This document shows, in pieces, positions 8,945-17,310 of a DNA stretch of 35,755 nucleotides. The stretch comes from Deltaproteobacteria bacterium (lineage in GTDB: Bacteria > Desulfobacterota > Binatia > Binatales > Binataceae), in the NCBI GenBank assembly GCA_021786815.1, contig JAJYMR010000264.1:1-35755 (forward strand), read 5' to 3'. Positions within the stretch are counted from its first letter, which is position 1; every line of letters begins with the position of its first letter. A model generated the notes under the pieces. The model saw nothing but the letters and a program-made list of their open reading frames with translations. It was not told the origin of the DNA and ran no database searches. The translations under genes were made by a program, and so were the position numbers.

Positions 8945-8986
8945 CTTGGCATGGGCATAGCTATACTTGGCACGGGCATAGCTATA
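8945..8986 (+). promoter_or_regulatory. Two tandem 21-bp repeats, each a sigma54 (-24/-12)-like promoter
   Basis: CTTGGCATGGGCATAGCTATA then CTTGGCACGGGCATAGCTATA; each has GG-N10-GC and resembles YTGGCACG-N4-TTGCW. Confidence 0.6.
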
Positions 8987-9042
8987 ACAAGGACGAGGCC
9001 GGCGCGCGTTTCCCATCGAAACCAAGGGGCCGCGACCCTTCT

Positions 9043-9076
9043 CTTGATTATTCAATTGATTTATTGAATCATCGAG
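9043..9076. promoter_or_regulatory. AT-rich palindrome, ArsR/SmtB-type operator overlapping a sigma70-like promoter
   Basis: GATtATTCAAT-tgattt-ATTGAATcATC; overlaps TTGATT(9044)-17 bp-AATCAT(9067); about 45 nt upstream of the TolC ATG. Confidence 0.6.
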
Positions 9077-9119
9077 GCAAAGGACAGCCGGCCATGCCAT
9101 CCCGAGGACACTTAATCCC

Positions 9120-10496
9120 ATGACGCTCACGAGAAAAACCACGGCTGCCGCTCTCGCAATCGCGATAAGCTTTTGCCTTGCTCCCCGCGCACACGCCGCG
9201 GAGGCGACTCGCGAGCGAATATCGTTCAAAGAGGCCCTTTCGCTCGCGCTCAGCCATAACCGCGTGCTGCGCGCCGCCGAGCTTTCGAGCGCGGCCGCCG
9301 GGCACGACGTGGGAGTGGCGCGCGGAGCGATGCTGCCGCGCCTGGACGCGCTGGAAAACTACTCGAATACCAATACCCCGGCACTGGTATTCGCGAACCT
9401 GCTCAATCAGCAGGACTTCGGGCCGAACGATTTCCATATCGATCGGTTGAACTATCCCGCCTCGTTCTCGAACTTCCAGTCGATGATCCGGCTGACGCAG
9501 CCAATCTTCACCGGGGGCAGGCTCTGGGCCTCGCTCAAGGCCTCGCGCGACGCCGCCGATATGGCCAAATGGCGCGCGATTCGAACCCGCCAGGAAACCG
9601 AATTCGCGGTCGTACAGGCCTACTACGGCTCGGTCCTGCTCGAGGAACGGGTCGGCGTGCTCGAGCGCGCGCTGGCCGCCGCACGGGCCCATCGTGAGCA
9701 GGCCGACAACATGTTCAGGCACGGGATGGTGGTGAAGGCGGACGTGCTGCGTGCGCGGGTGATGGAGGGTACGTTCGAGCAGGAGCGCAACGTCGCCCGC
9801 AACCAGCTCCTGACCGCGTGGGACGCCCTTGCCCATACGCTTGGAACCGAGGACCGCCGGCTCGCGCCGTTGGTTAACCCGCCCGAGCTCGCGCGTGTCG
9901 CGCCAGTCACGCAACCGGGCCTGGAGGATCTGGTCACGAAGGCGCTCTCGATACGCCCCGAGCTCAGGATCGTGCAATCCCAGATCGATCAGGCGGAACA
10001 AAACCTCAAGATTGCGCGCGCCGACTATCTCCCGACGCTAAGCGTGTCGGCCGCCTACGAGAACGATAGCGAGTCCCTGGTCCGCGCGGGCAACAGCTAC
10101 AGCGTGTTCGTGACCGGCCAACTCAATCTGTTTGACGGACTTGCGACCAGCTCGCGGACAGCCGCGGCGATGGAGCGGCTCTCGCGGGCGCGCGAGCTCG
10201 AGGACGATCTGCGCCACGCGATCGCGCTCGACGTTCAGAGAGCCTACCACGCGCTCGCCGCCGCTTCGGAAAATCTCGGCGTGGCCCGCCATAACGCGGC
10301 CTACGCCTCCGACGCCGCCCGAATCCTGGAGGACCGCTACGGCTCCGGACTTGCCACCAACGTCGAGGTCCTGGACTCCGAGACCGAGCGCAAGCAGGCC
10401 GACATGCGGCTTGTCGAAGCCAGGGTCGCGGTGCTGGTGGCTCGCGCGGCGCTCAAGCTTGCTTCGGGCCAACTCAACCTCGGAACCGAGCCATGA
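9120..10496 (+). CDS. TolC-family outer membrane efflux protein
   Basis: Signal peptide (..RAHA), two OEP repeats (LPRL..QPIFTGG; YLPTL..NLFDG), long helical segments; ATGA overlap with the next gene. Confidence 0.9.
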   Translation: MTLTRKTTAAALAIAISFCLAPRAHAAEATRERISFKEALSLALSHNRVLRAAELSSAAAGHDVGVARGAMLPRLDALENYSNTNTPALVFANLLNQQDFGPNDFHIDRLNYPASFSNFQSMIRLTQPIFTGGRLWASLKASRDAADMAKWRAIRTRQETEFAVVQAYYGSVLLEERVGVLERALAAARAHREQADNMFRHGMVVKADVLRARVMEGTFEQERNVARNQLLTAWDALAHTLGTEDRRLAPLVNPPELARVAPVTQPGLEDLVTKALSIRPELRIVQSQIDQAEQNLKIARADYLPTLSVSAAYENDSESLVRAGNSYSVFVTGQLNLFDGLATSSRTAAAMERLSRARELEDDLRHAIALDVQRAYHALAAASENLGVARHNAAYASDAARILEDRYGSGLATNVEVLDSETERKQADMRLVEARVAVLVARAALKLASGQLNLGTEP

Positions 10497-11599
10497 ACCA
10501 CAAGTCTGAAGAGCGGAGGCCGAAAGGAAAGCTCATCGCCGTCCTGGCCGGGGCGGCGGCGGTACTGATCGCGCTTGTCGTGCTTTTGGGACGCGGCAGG
10601 ATCGAGCCGGGGCTGCTGAGCCCGCCGGTCTCGCGCATTCCCAATCTGCCGGTCGACGTTGTGCGGCTGGAGACGGTCGCCAATACGCGCGACGCGATCG
10701 GAACCGTGCAGTCGCGTGTCGAAGTCGATGCGGCAAGCCGCGTCTCGGCCACCGTTCGCGAGGTTACGGTGCACGCGGGCGAGCGGGTAAAAGCCGGACA
10801 GGTGCTGGCGCGGCTCGACGACTCCGACCTCGCGGCCGCGGTTGCGCGGGCCCGGGGGCAGGTCGCGGCGGCAACCGCAAACTTCACACGCGCGAGCAAG
10901 GACGAGCGCCGGTTCAGCGCCCTGCTCAAGCGCGGCTCGGTGACCCCCCATGAATTCGACGCGGCCCAGGCGAACTATCGCGCCGCGCGCGGCGATGTCG
11001 AATCCGCAAAAGCCCAGGTTACCGCCGCCGAGGCCTCGCTCAAGTACGCGACCGTGCGCTCTCCGGTCTCAGGCGTAGTGGCCGAGCGCCTGGTCGAGCC
11101 GGGGGACCTGGCGCTTCCGGGCAAGCCTCTCGTGCGCGTGTACGATTCCCAGGCGCTTCGAGTCGAACTGCGTGTTCCCGAGGAGCTGACGCGCGAGGTC
11201 TCCATCGGAATGCCGCTTACGGTGAGAATTGAGGCGGCCGGCCGGACAATCGCGACGAAAATCAACGAGATCGTTCCCGCTGCCGACCCCGCAAGCCGCA
11301 CTTTCCTCGTACGCGCGCCGCTGCCGTCGGACCCCGCGCTCAGGCCGGGGATGTACGCGAGCGCCTCGTTTGACGTGGGCACGGAGAAGATTCTCACCGT
11401 CGCCCGCTCGGCAATCGAAAGTGTCGGCCAGCTCGAAACCGTCAGGGTTATCGAGCACGGCGCGGTCCGGGTGCGCCAGATCACGACCGGGCGCGCTTTT
11501 GGCGAGCGGGTGGAAGTGCTCTCCGGGCTTCTACAGGGCGACCGGGTGCTTCTGGGGGGCGCCGACGAGCGAATGGCCGCCGATGGAACGTCCAAATGA
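10493..11599 (+). CDS. RND efflux periplasmic adaptor (MFP)
   Basis: N-terminal TM, lipoyl-like halves (V..GERVKAGQVLARLD; VRSPVSGVV..PGD), ADPASRT, LRPGMY, VEVLSGL..GDRV. Confidence 0.92.
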   Translation: MNHKSEERRPKGKLIAVLAGAAAVLIALVVLLGRGRIEPGLLSPPVSRIPNLPVDVVRLETVANTRDAIGTVQSRVEVDAASRVSATVREVTVHAGERVKAGQVLARLDDSDLAAAVARARGQVAAATANFTRASKDERRFSALLKRGSVTPHEFDAAQANYRAARGDVESAKAQVTAAEASLKYATVRSPVSGVVAERLVEPGDLALPGKPLVRVYDSQALRVELRVPEELTREVSIGMPLTVRIEAAGRTIATKINEIVPAADPASRTFLVRAPLPSDPALRPGMYASASFDVGTEKILTVARSAIESVGQLETVRVIEHGAVRVRQITTGRAFGERVEVLSGLLQGDRVLLGGADERMAADGTSK

Positions 11600-14500
11600 G
11601 TGAGAACGGCGAAAAACTCGGCTTCACCGCCCGGATCGTCGATCGATTCCTCGGCTCCAACCTTTCGGTGCTGCTGCTGCTCGCCTCGCTTGCGGCCGGC
11701 GCACTCGCGCTTGCCGTCACGCCGCGCGAGGAAGATCCGCAAATCGTCGTCCCGATGGCCGACATCATCGTGCAGATGCCCGGCTCGACGGCCGCCGAGG
11801 TCGAAAACCTCGTCACCATCAATCTCGAACGCCGGCTGTGGGAGATGGAGGGCGTCAAGCACATCTACTCGGTCTCGATGCCGGGGCAGGCGATGGTCAC
11901 GGTGCGCTTCGATGTCGGGTTCAGCGAGACGCAGGCACTGGTCGAGATCTACAACAAGCTCGAATCCAATCGCGACGCCGTGCCGCCGGGCGTGACCGGA
12001 TGGATCGTCAAGCCGGTCGGGATCAACGACGTTCCGATCGTCACCCTGACCCTCTACAGCGCGACCGAGAGCGACGCGCAGTTGCGCCGAATCGCCGACG
12101 AGATTCTCCATCGCCTGCAACAGGTGCCGAACACCGGCAAGTCGTTTATCGTCGGCGGACGCCCGCGCCAGATCCGCGTGATGCTCCAGGCGGACCGCCT
12201 GGCCGGGCATGGGCTCACGCCGCTCGAAGTGTCGCAGGCGCTTCAGGGCGCCGACGCCAACCTGCGGGTCGGGACATTCGACCGTGGAAACGAAGTGTAC
12301 CTGGTGGACAGCGGTCCGTTCCTGCACAACGCCGCCGAGGTGCGAAACCTGGTCGTCGGCGTGCGCGACGGGCGTCCGGTTTACCTGCGCGACGTGGCCC
12401 GCGTGCTCGATGGACCCGCCGAAGCCACCAACTACGTAAGGCTCGGCTTCGGACCCGCGGCTCATTACCTGCTCCACGAGCCGGGGCAGATCAAACTCGA
12501 TTCGGTCGGCATGCGCGGCCAGACTTTTCCGGCCGTCACGATCGCGATTGCCAAGCGCCAGGGCACCAACGCCGTCTCCGTCGCCGAGCAGGTCCTGCAC
12601 CGGGTCGAGCAGTTGAAGGGCGTGGCAATACCATCGGACGTTCACGTGATGGTCACGCGCAATTACGGCGAGACCGCCAACGAGAAGGTCAATGAACTGG
12701 TGCGCGAGCTGCTTATCGCGGTCGCGATTATTGTCGGCCTGCTCGCTTTCTCGCTCGGGATTCGCGAGGCGTTCATCGTCGCGATCGCGGTGCCGGTCAC
12801 GCTTGCGATCACGCTGCTCGGAAACCTGCTCGCTGGCTACACGATAAACCGCGTGACCCTGTTCGCGCTCATCCTTTCGCTCGGACTCCTCGTTGACGAC
12901 CCGATAGTCGACGTCGAAAACATCCATCGCCACTTCCGCCTGCGCACCCATCCGCCGCGCCAGGCGACCCTGATCGCGGTGGACGAGGTGCGGCCGCCGA
13001 CCATCCTGGCCACCTTCGCCGTCATCCTGTCGTTCATCCCGATGCTGTTCGTGACGGGGATGATGGGCCCGTACATGCGGCCAATGCCGTTCAACGTGCC
13101 GCTTGCGATGCTGATGTCGCTGGTGGTCGCGTTCACCATAACGCCGTGGGCCTGCTTCCATCTGCTGCGCAAGGACTACGAGCATCCCGCCGGCAAGGAA
13201 CCCGAGGAAGAAGCCGCGTGGGTCCGCCGATGGTATCGCAGGGTGCTCGAACCGATGCTCGACAGCCCCCGCCGCGCGCGAATGTTCCTTTACGCCGTGG
13301 TCGCCGCGCTGGTCGGCTCCGTCCTGCTGGTCGTCTTTGGCTTCGTGCCGGTCAAGATGCTCCCGTTCGACAACAAGAACGAGCTTGAGCTCGTGGTCAA
13401 CATGCCCGAGGGAACGCCGGTCGAGAACACCAACAAGGTGCTCGACGATCTCGGGCGGCTGATGGCGCGCGAGCCGGAAGTGACCGCCTTCGAGAGCTAC
13501 GCGGGCACGGCGGCGCCGTTCGGTTTCAACGGGATGGTGCGCCATTACTACATGCGGCGCGACCCGTGGCAGGGCCAGGTCCGTATCCAGCTCGCGCCCA
13601 AGGCCGATCGCGCCCAGGGTTCGCACGAGTTCGCGCTCAGGATTCGGCCCGAGGTCGAAAAGATCGCGCGGGCCGATCACGCCAAGGTGATCCAGATCGT
13701 CGAGACGCCACCCGGACCGCCCGTGCTGGCCAGCGTGGTCGCGGAAATTTACGGTCCGGCCGCGGGCAGCGAATACGCTCAGATGATCCGCTACGGACGC
13801 TCGCTCAGGAAGGTCTTCGAGAAGACCGCCGGCCTCGCCGATACCGACGATTCATCGATCGCCCGCGAGCCGCGCCTTGAATTCATGCTCGACAGGCGCA
13901 AGGCCGCGCTCAACGGCGTCAATGTCGAGCAGGCGGCCCAGACGCTCGCGATCGTGCTCGGCGGGCGCGCCGCCGTCCCCGTCCATACCAATACCGAGCG
14001 CACGCCGCTGATGGTCGAACTCAGGATGCCGCGCGCGGACCGCTCGTCGCTCGAGCGTCTGCTGTCCTCGGTCAGACTTCGCGGCGCGGCGGGCGCGATG
14101 GTGCCGCTGTCGGAATTGGGCACGGTCAAGCGCACGCTCGCGGAGCAGCCCATCTATCACAAGGATTTGCGGCGCGTGGTTTTCGTGATGGCCGAGACGG
14201 TCGGCGAAAGCCCGGTCAACGAAGTGCTGTGGCTCGAAAAGCACACCGCAAAGATGTTTCCGCCGGGCTACACCGTCAACTGGTCGGGCGAAGGCGAATG
14301 GCACATCACGGTGACCGTGTTCCGCGACCTCGGAATCGCCTTCGGCGCGGCGCTGTTCTTCATCTTCGTGCTGCTGGTCGCGCAGACCGAGTCGATGGTG
14401 ATCGCGCTCATCATCATGGCCGCCATCCCGCTCACCCTCATCGGCATCATGCCCGGCTTCTTCATCCTGAACCTGCTGACCGAGAGCCATATCGCGGGCT

Positions 14501-14883
14501 ACGCGGATCCGACGTTTTTCACCGCGACCGCGATGATCGGAATGATCGCGCTCGCAGGCATCGTGGTCAGAAATTCCATCATCCTGATCGACTTCATCCA
14601 TCACGGCATCGCGCGCTGCCTCACGCTCAAGGAAGCAGTGCTCGAAGCGGGCGCGATCCGGCTGCGCCCGATCGTGCTGACCGCGGGCGCGGCGGCGCTC
14701 GGCTCGGTGGTGATCACGCTCGATCCGATTTTTTCGGGCCTGGCGTGGGCGTTCATCTTCGGCATCTTCGCCTCGACCGCGTTCACGTTGGTCGTGATCC
14801 CACTCATCTACTACATGGCGTATCGCAATGCTCCGGCTCTGCCTCCGGGCCTTGAGCCGGATGAGGAGGAAGTCCAACAATGA
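11596..14883 (+). CDS. RND efflux permease (AcrB/AcrD/AcrF family)
   Basis: 1095 aa; PREEDPQI, GLLVDD.IV.VENI (TM4), GIVVRNSIILIDF, RLRPIVLT. Confidence 0.95.
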   Translation: MSENGEKLGFTARIVDRFLGSNLSVLLLLASLAAGALALAVTPREEDPQIVVPMADIIVQMPGSTAAEVENLVTINLERRLWEMEGVKHIYSVSMPGQAMVTVRFDVGFSETQALVEIYNKLESNRDAVPPGVTGWIVKPVGINDVPIVTLTLYSATESDAQLRRIADEILHRLQQVPNTGKSFIVGGRPRQIRVMLQADRLAGHGLTPLEVSQALQGADANLRVGTFDRGNEVYLVDSGPFLHNAAEVRNLVVGVRDGRPVYLRDVARVLDGPAEATNYVRLGFGPAAHYLLHEPGQIKLDSVGMRGQTFPAVTIAIAKRQGTNAVSVAEQVLHRVEQLKGVAIPSDVHVMVTRNYGETANEKVNELVRELLIAVAIIVGLLAFSLGIREAFIVAIAVPVTLAITLLGNLLAGYTINRVTLFALILSLGLLVDDPIVDVENIHRHFRLRTHPPRQATLIAVDEVRPPTILATFAVILSFIPMLFVTGMMGPYMRPMPFNVPLAMLMSLVVAFTITPWACFHLLRKDYEHPAGKEPEEEAAWVRRWYRRVLEPMLDSPRRARMFLYAVVAALVGSVLLVVFGFVPVKMLPFDNKNELELVVNMPEGTPVENTNKVLDDLGRLMAREPEVTAFESYAGTAAPFGFNGMVRHYYMRRDPWQGQVRIQLAPKADRAQGSHEFALRIRPEVEKIARADHAKVIQIVETPPGPPVLASVVAEIYGPAAGSEYAQMIRYGRSLRKVFEKTAGLADTDDSSIAREPRLEFMLDRRKAALNGVNVEQAAQTLAIVLGGRAAVPVHTNTERTPLMVELRMPRADRSSLERLLSSVRLRGAAGAMVPLSELGTVKRTLAEQPIYHKDLRRVVFVMAETVGESPVNEVLWLEKHTAKMFPPGYTVNWSGEGEWHITVTVFRDLGIAFGAALFFIFVLLVAQTESMVIALIIMAAIPLTLIGIMPGFFILNLLTESHIAGYADPTFFTATAMIGMIALAGIVVRNSIILIDFIHHGIARCLTLKEAVLEAGAIRLRPIVLTAGAAALGSVVITLDPIFSGLAWAFIFGIFASTAFTLVVIPLIYYMAYRNAPALPPGLEPDEEEVQQ

Positions 14884-15110
14884 CACTGGAGAGAAAGGTT
14901 CGCGCACTGGCCGGCTCGCTCGTTCTGGTCGGTCTTTTCCTGTCGCTGGTATGGAGTAGCTACTGGCTGTTCCTGGATCTGTTCGTGGGCCTGAACCTGC
15001 TGCAGTCGGCGTTCACCGGATTCTGCCCCGCGGAGAAAATACTCGCGCGGCTCGGAACGCCCCATCCCACGACCCCGCAGAGCGCAAGCGGTCCGCATCC
15101 CGCGGCCTAG
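14880..15110 (+). CDS. YgaP-like / DUF2892 small membrane protein
   Basis: ER.VR..AG..V, two TM segments, VG.NLLQSAFTGFCP with the conserved Cys; ATGA-coupled to the RND gene. Confidence 0.88.
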   Translation: MTLERKVRALAGSLVLVGLFLSLVWSSYWLFLDLFVGLNLLQSAFTGFCPAEKILARLGTPHPTTPQSASGPHPAA

Positions 15111-15148
15111 CGGAGCACCGCCGTTCGGACGATGCGGGAGAAGAAACG

Positions 15149-15469
15149 ATGCGTAACGGATGGTCACGCATTCTCGCTGTCGGCGCCGTAACGGCCGCCT
15201 TTTCAGTACTTGCGCTCGCGCCGATTCCGGCCGCGGCCCAAACCAGCAACCTGCCACCTCGCACGCATACTCGCGAGACCGGGATGAGCCTCAAGGCGCA
15301 CGAGATGCAGAAGCGGGTGGCCGAGGAAATCACAGCCGCCAAGGGCAAGGGCGAGAACGTCTCGCTCGCCGAAAAGCACAAGGACGAGGGCGACCGGGCA
15401 CTCGAAGCAGGCCACTTGCGTATCGCCGTCGAGCATTACGAGGCGGCTCAGAAGGCGCTCGGAAAATAG
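15149..15469 (+). CDS. Secreted small helical His-containing protein
   Basis: Sec signal (..PIPAAA), helical mature part with spaced His residues, GGAG RBS. Confidence 0.65.
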   Translation: MRNGWSRILAVGAVTAAFSVLALAPIPAAAQTSNLPPRTHTRETGMSLKAHEMQKRVAEEITAAKGKGENVSLAEKHKDEGDRALEAGHLRIAVEHYEAAQKALGK

Positions 15470-15484
15470 CGCGTGGAAATCGCG

Positions 15485-15514
15485 GCATGCGGCGACGGTC
15501 GCCCCGCCGCATGC
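15485..15514 (+). terminator. Hairpin ending the efflux operon
   Basis: GCATGCGGCG-N10-CGCCGCATGC perfect 10-bp stem, 15 nt after the stop; no U-tract. Confidence 0.45.
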
Positions 15515-15693
15515 TCGAAGGCGCAGAACCGTCCCCAGCGGCACGTTCCGCGTCTTGTCGGCGAGACGCCGGATGCATCAGGAAGTGGCAGCGATGCAAC
15601 GTCGGTAGGCGACGGGATTTTGTCGCGACCCGCCATCGGCTCGAAATAGCGATACAAAGACGCGAAAAATCGGACTCGGGGAGAACCCCTCCG

Positions 15694-15709
15694 AGGCACG
15701 CGATATGCA
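15694..15709 (+). promoter_or_regulatory. sigma54-like promoter
   Basis: aGGCACGcgatATGCA, GG-N10-GC, about 50 nt upstream of the lipoprotein ATG. Confidence 0.45.
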
Positions 15710-15757
15710 CTATCCCTGCGCGACTTCGCGCGATGCGAGGTGACGCGGGACGGTCTT

Positions 15758-16021
15758 ATGCGCCGGACGTTCGCAATAATCGCCTTGTGTGTGCTCGCTA
15801 CCGCTACAAGCGGATGCTTTGGCGGAATCCAGTTCGATGCCTTCTCCTGGAGGGCCGCGCCAGAAACGCCTGGCGCCGCCCCTGAAGAAAGCGCCAGCAC
15901 CGCCGGACACATCCCCGCGCCATCCAGCTTCGATCTCCTGCGGCTAACCCTGCCGATGTCCTCCAGCGCGGCGCCGCCAAGCCATAACTCAAGCGCCACG
16001 GGACAGACGCCCGCACCCTAG
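15758..16021 (+). CDS. Putative small lipoprotein
   Basis: MRRTFAIIALCVLATATSG-C (basic N-terminus, hydrophobic core, lipobox-like TSGC), Pro/Ala/Ser-rich tail. Confidence 0.5.
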   Translation: MRRTFAIIALCVLATATSGCFGGIQFDAFSWRAAPETPGAAPEESASTAGHIPAPSSFDLLRLTLPMSSSAAPPSHNSSATGQTPAP

Positions 16022-16160
16022 CTCCACGCATTGAGTACGTGCTCGCCGGCTCCTTTCGAGAACGAAAGGAAGCTCGGCGGGCACGATTGTCCAACGATCA
16101 CACGCTCGTCTGGCGGCCGGCGCATGGCATGAATGCAACGGGTCCGGTAAAACCTTCGCA

Positions 16161-16862
16161 ATGGCTGATGATACGACGAATTTCGAAGAACAGTGGCTCA
16201 TGAGTCAGGCGCCCGCGACCGGACGCCGCGCCCAGGCCCATCGATTGGCCGCCGCGATGCGCCGGGTGATCGATCAGCTCGTGCAGGTCGCCGCGCCCGA
16301 GGACGATTTGCGCACCGCGGCCGACGCGCTCGAGCGATACGCCAAACGCCTGTCACGTTATCCCGTTTCGCGCGTCTATGAAGGATTCGCGGAAAGCGCC
16401 AACGCCGGCGATCCTCATGCCTTTTTCGACCATAGCCCGCTTATCGGCCTTGCCAATCCACTCGCTCCACCAATCAAGGTCATGGCGGTCGGCGACAAAG
16501 TGATAGGGCACGCGAACTTCGGCGTCGCGTACGAAGGGCCGCCCGGCTACGTCCACGGCGGATTTCTCGCTGCGTCGTTCGACGAGGTGCTCGGGATGGC
16601 GCAAACACTGACCGGCAATCCCGGGATGACGGGAACCCTGACGATACGCTACCGTAAGCCCACGCCGCTTCTGACCGATCTCGTGTTCGAAGCGAAGGTT
16701 GACAGGATCGACGGACGAAAGATTTTCGTGAGCAGCCAGGTTTCGGCTGAGGGAGTGAAGACGGCGGAGGCCGAGGGACTTTTCATTTCGGTAGGCCAGG
16801 AGCGGTTCGCAAAGATGGCCGAGGCGGTGCTCGCCAAGGCCGCGCCGCAGCCGAAAAAGTAG
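16161..16862 (+). CDS. PaaI-family (hotdog fold) thioesterase
   Basis: SPLIG.ANPLAPP, YEGPPGYVHGG....FDEVLG, TGTLTIRYRKPTPL. Confidence 0.88.
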   Translation: MADDTTNFEEQWLMSQAPATGRRAQAHRLAAAMRRVIDQLVQVAAPEDDLRTAADALERYAKRLSRYPVSRVYEGFAESANAGDPHAFFDHSPLIGLANPLAPPIKVMAVGDKVIGHANFGVAYEGPPGYVHGGFLAASFDEVLGMAQTLTGNPGMTGTLTIRYRKPTPLLTDLVFEAKVDRIDGRKIFVSSQVSAEGVKTAEAEGLFISVGQERFAKMAEAVLAKAAPQPKK

Positions 16863-16896
16863 TCGTTTTGCAAACCGGTTGGGAGAGAGTCTGACA

Positions 16897-17217
16897 ATGT
16901 ACAAAATCGTGGCGATTTGGGGTTCACCCAAGGACAGCGACATCGAGGCGTTCGAAAAGTATTACCACGACGTGCACGTTCCACTCGCGCGCAAAGTGCC
17001 GGGTCTCAAGAAACTCGTGCTCACACGCATCGACTCTGGCCTCGAAGGCGCAAAGCCGCCCTTCTACCGCGTGGCCGAGCTTTACTTCGACAGCAAAGAG
17101 GCGCTGGACAACGCGCATCATGCGCCCGAGTGGAATGCGATGCGCCAGGACGCGGGCAAGATGGTCGAGCGTTTCGGCGTGACACTGACCGCGGCCCTCG
17201 GGAAGCCGGAAGAGTAG
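16897..17217 (+). CDS. EthD-family protein
   Basis: FEKYY.DVHVPLARKVPGL, YRVAELYFDS; start ATG 16897 after GGGAGAG. Confidence 0.88.
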   Translation: MYKIVAIWGSPKDSDIEAFEKYYHDVHVPLARKVPGLKKLVLTRIDSGLEGAKPPFYRVAELYFDSKEALDNAHHAPEWNAMRQDAGKMVERFGVTLTAALGKPEE

Positions 17218-17242
17218 TTCCTACGTTCAAGTTTCGTGGCGA

Positions 17243-17270
17243 TGCCCGCGTCACCCACGCGGCGCGGGCA
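17243..17270. terminator. Hairpin between convergent ethD-like and polX genes
   Basis: TGCCCGCGTC-N8-GGCGCGGGCA. Confidence 0.4.
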
Positions 17271-17310
17271 CCGCATTTGAAGCCTGCGCAGATCTACTCG
17301 CTGCCGCGAC

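Noticed and set aside
9044-9069. FNR/CRP box in the efflux promoter
   Set aside because: TTGAT half-sites are present but lack ATCAA at N4 spacing; the longer ATTCAAT/ATTGAAT dyad explains the pattern better.
10975-13680. 901-aa antisense ORF (similarly 24330-26453, 17851-19188, 29645-30889)
   Set aside because: Shadow ORFs opposite well-supported genes, expected in high-GC DNA; no recognisable motifs.
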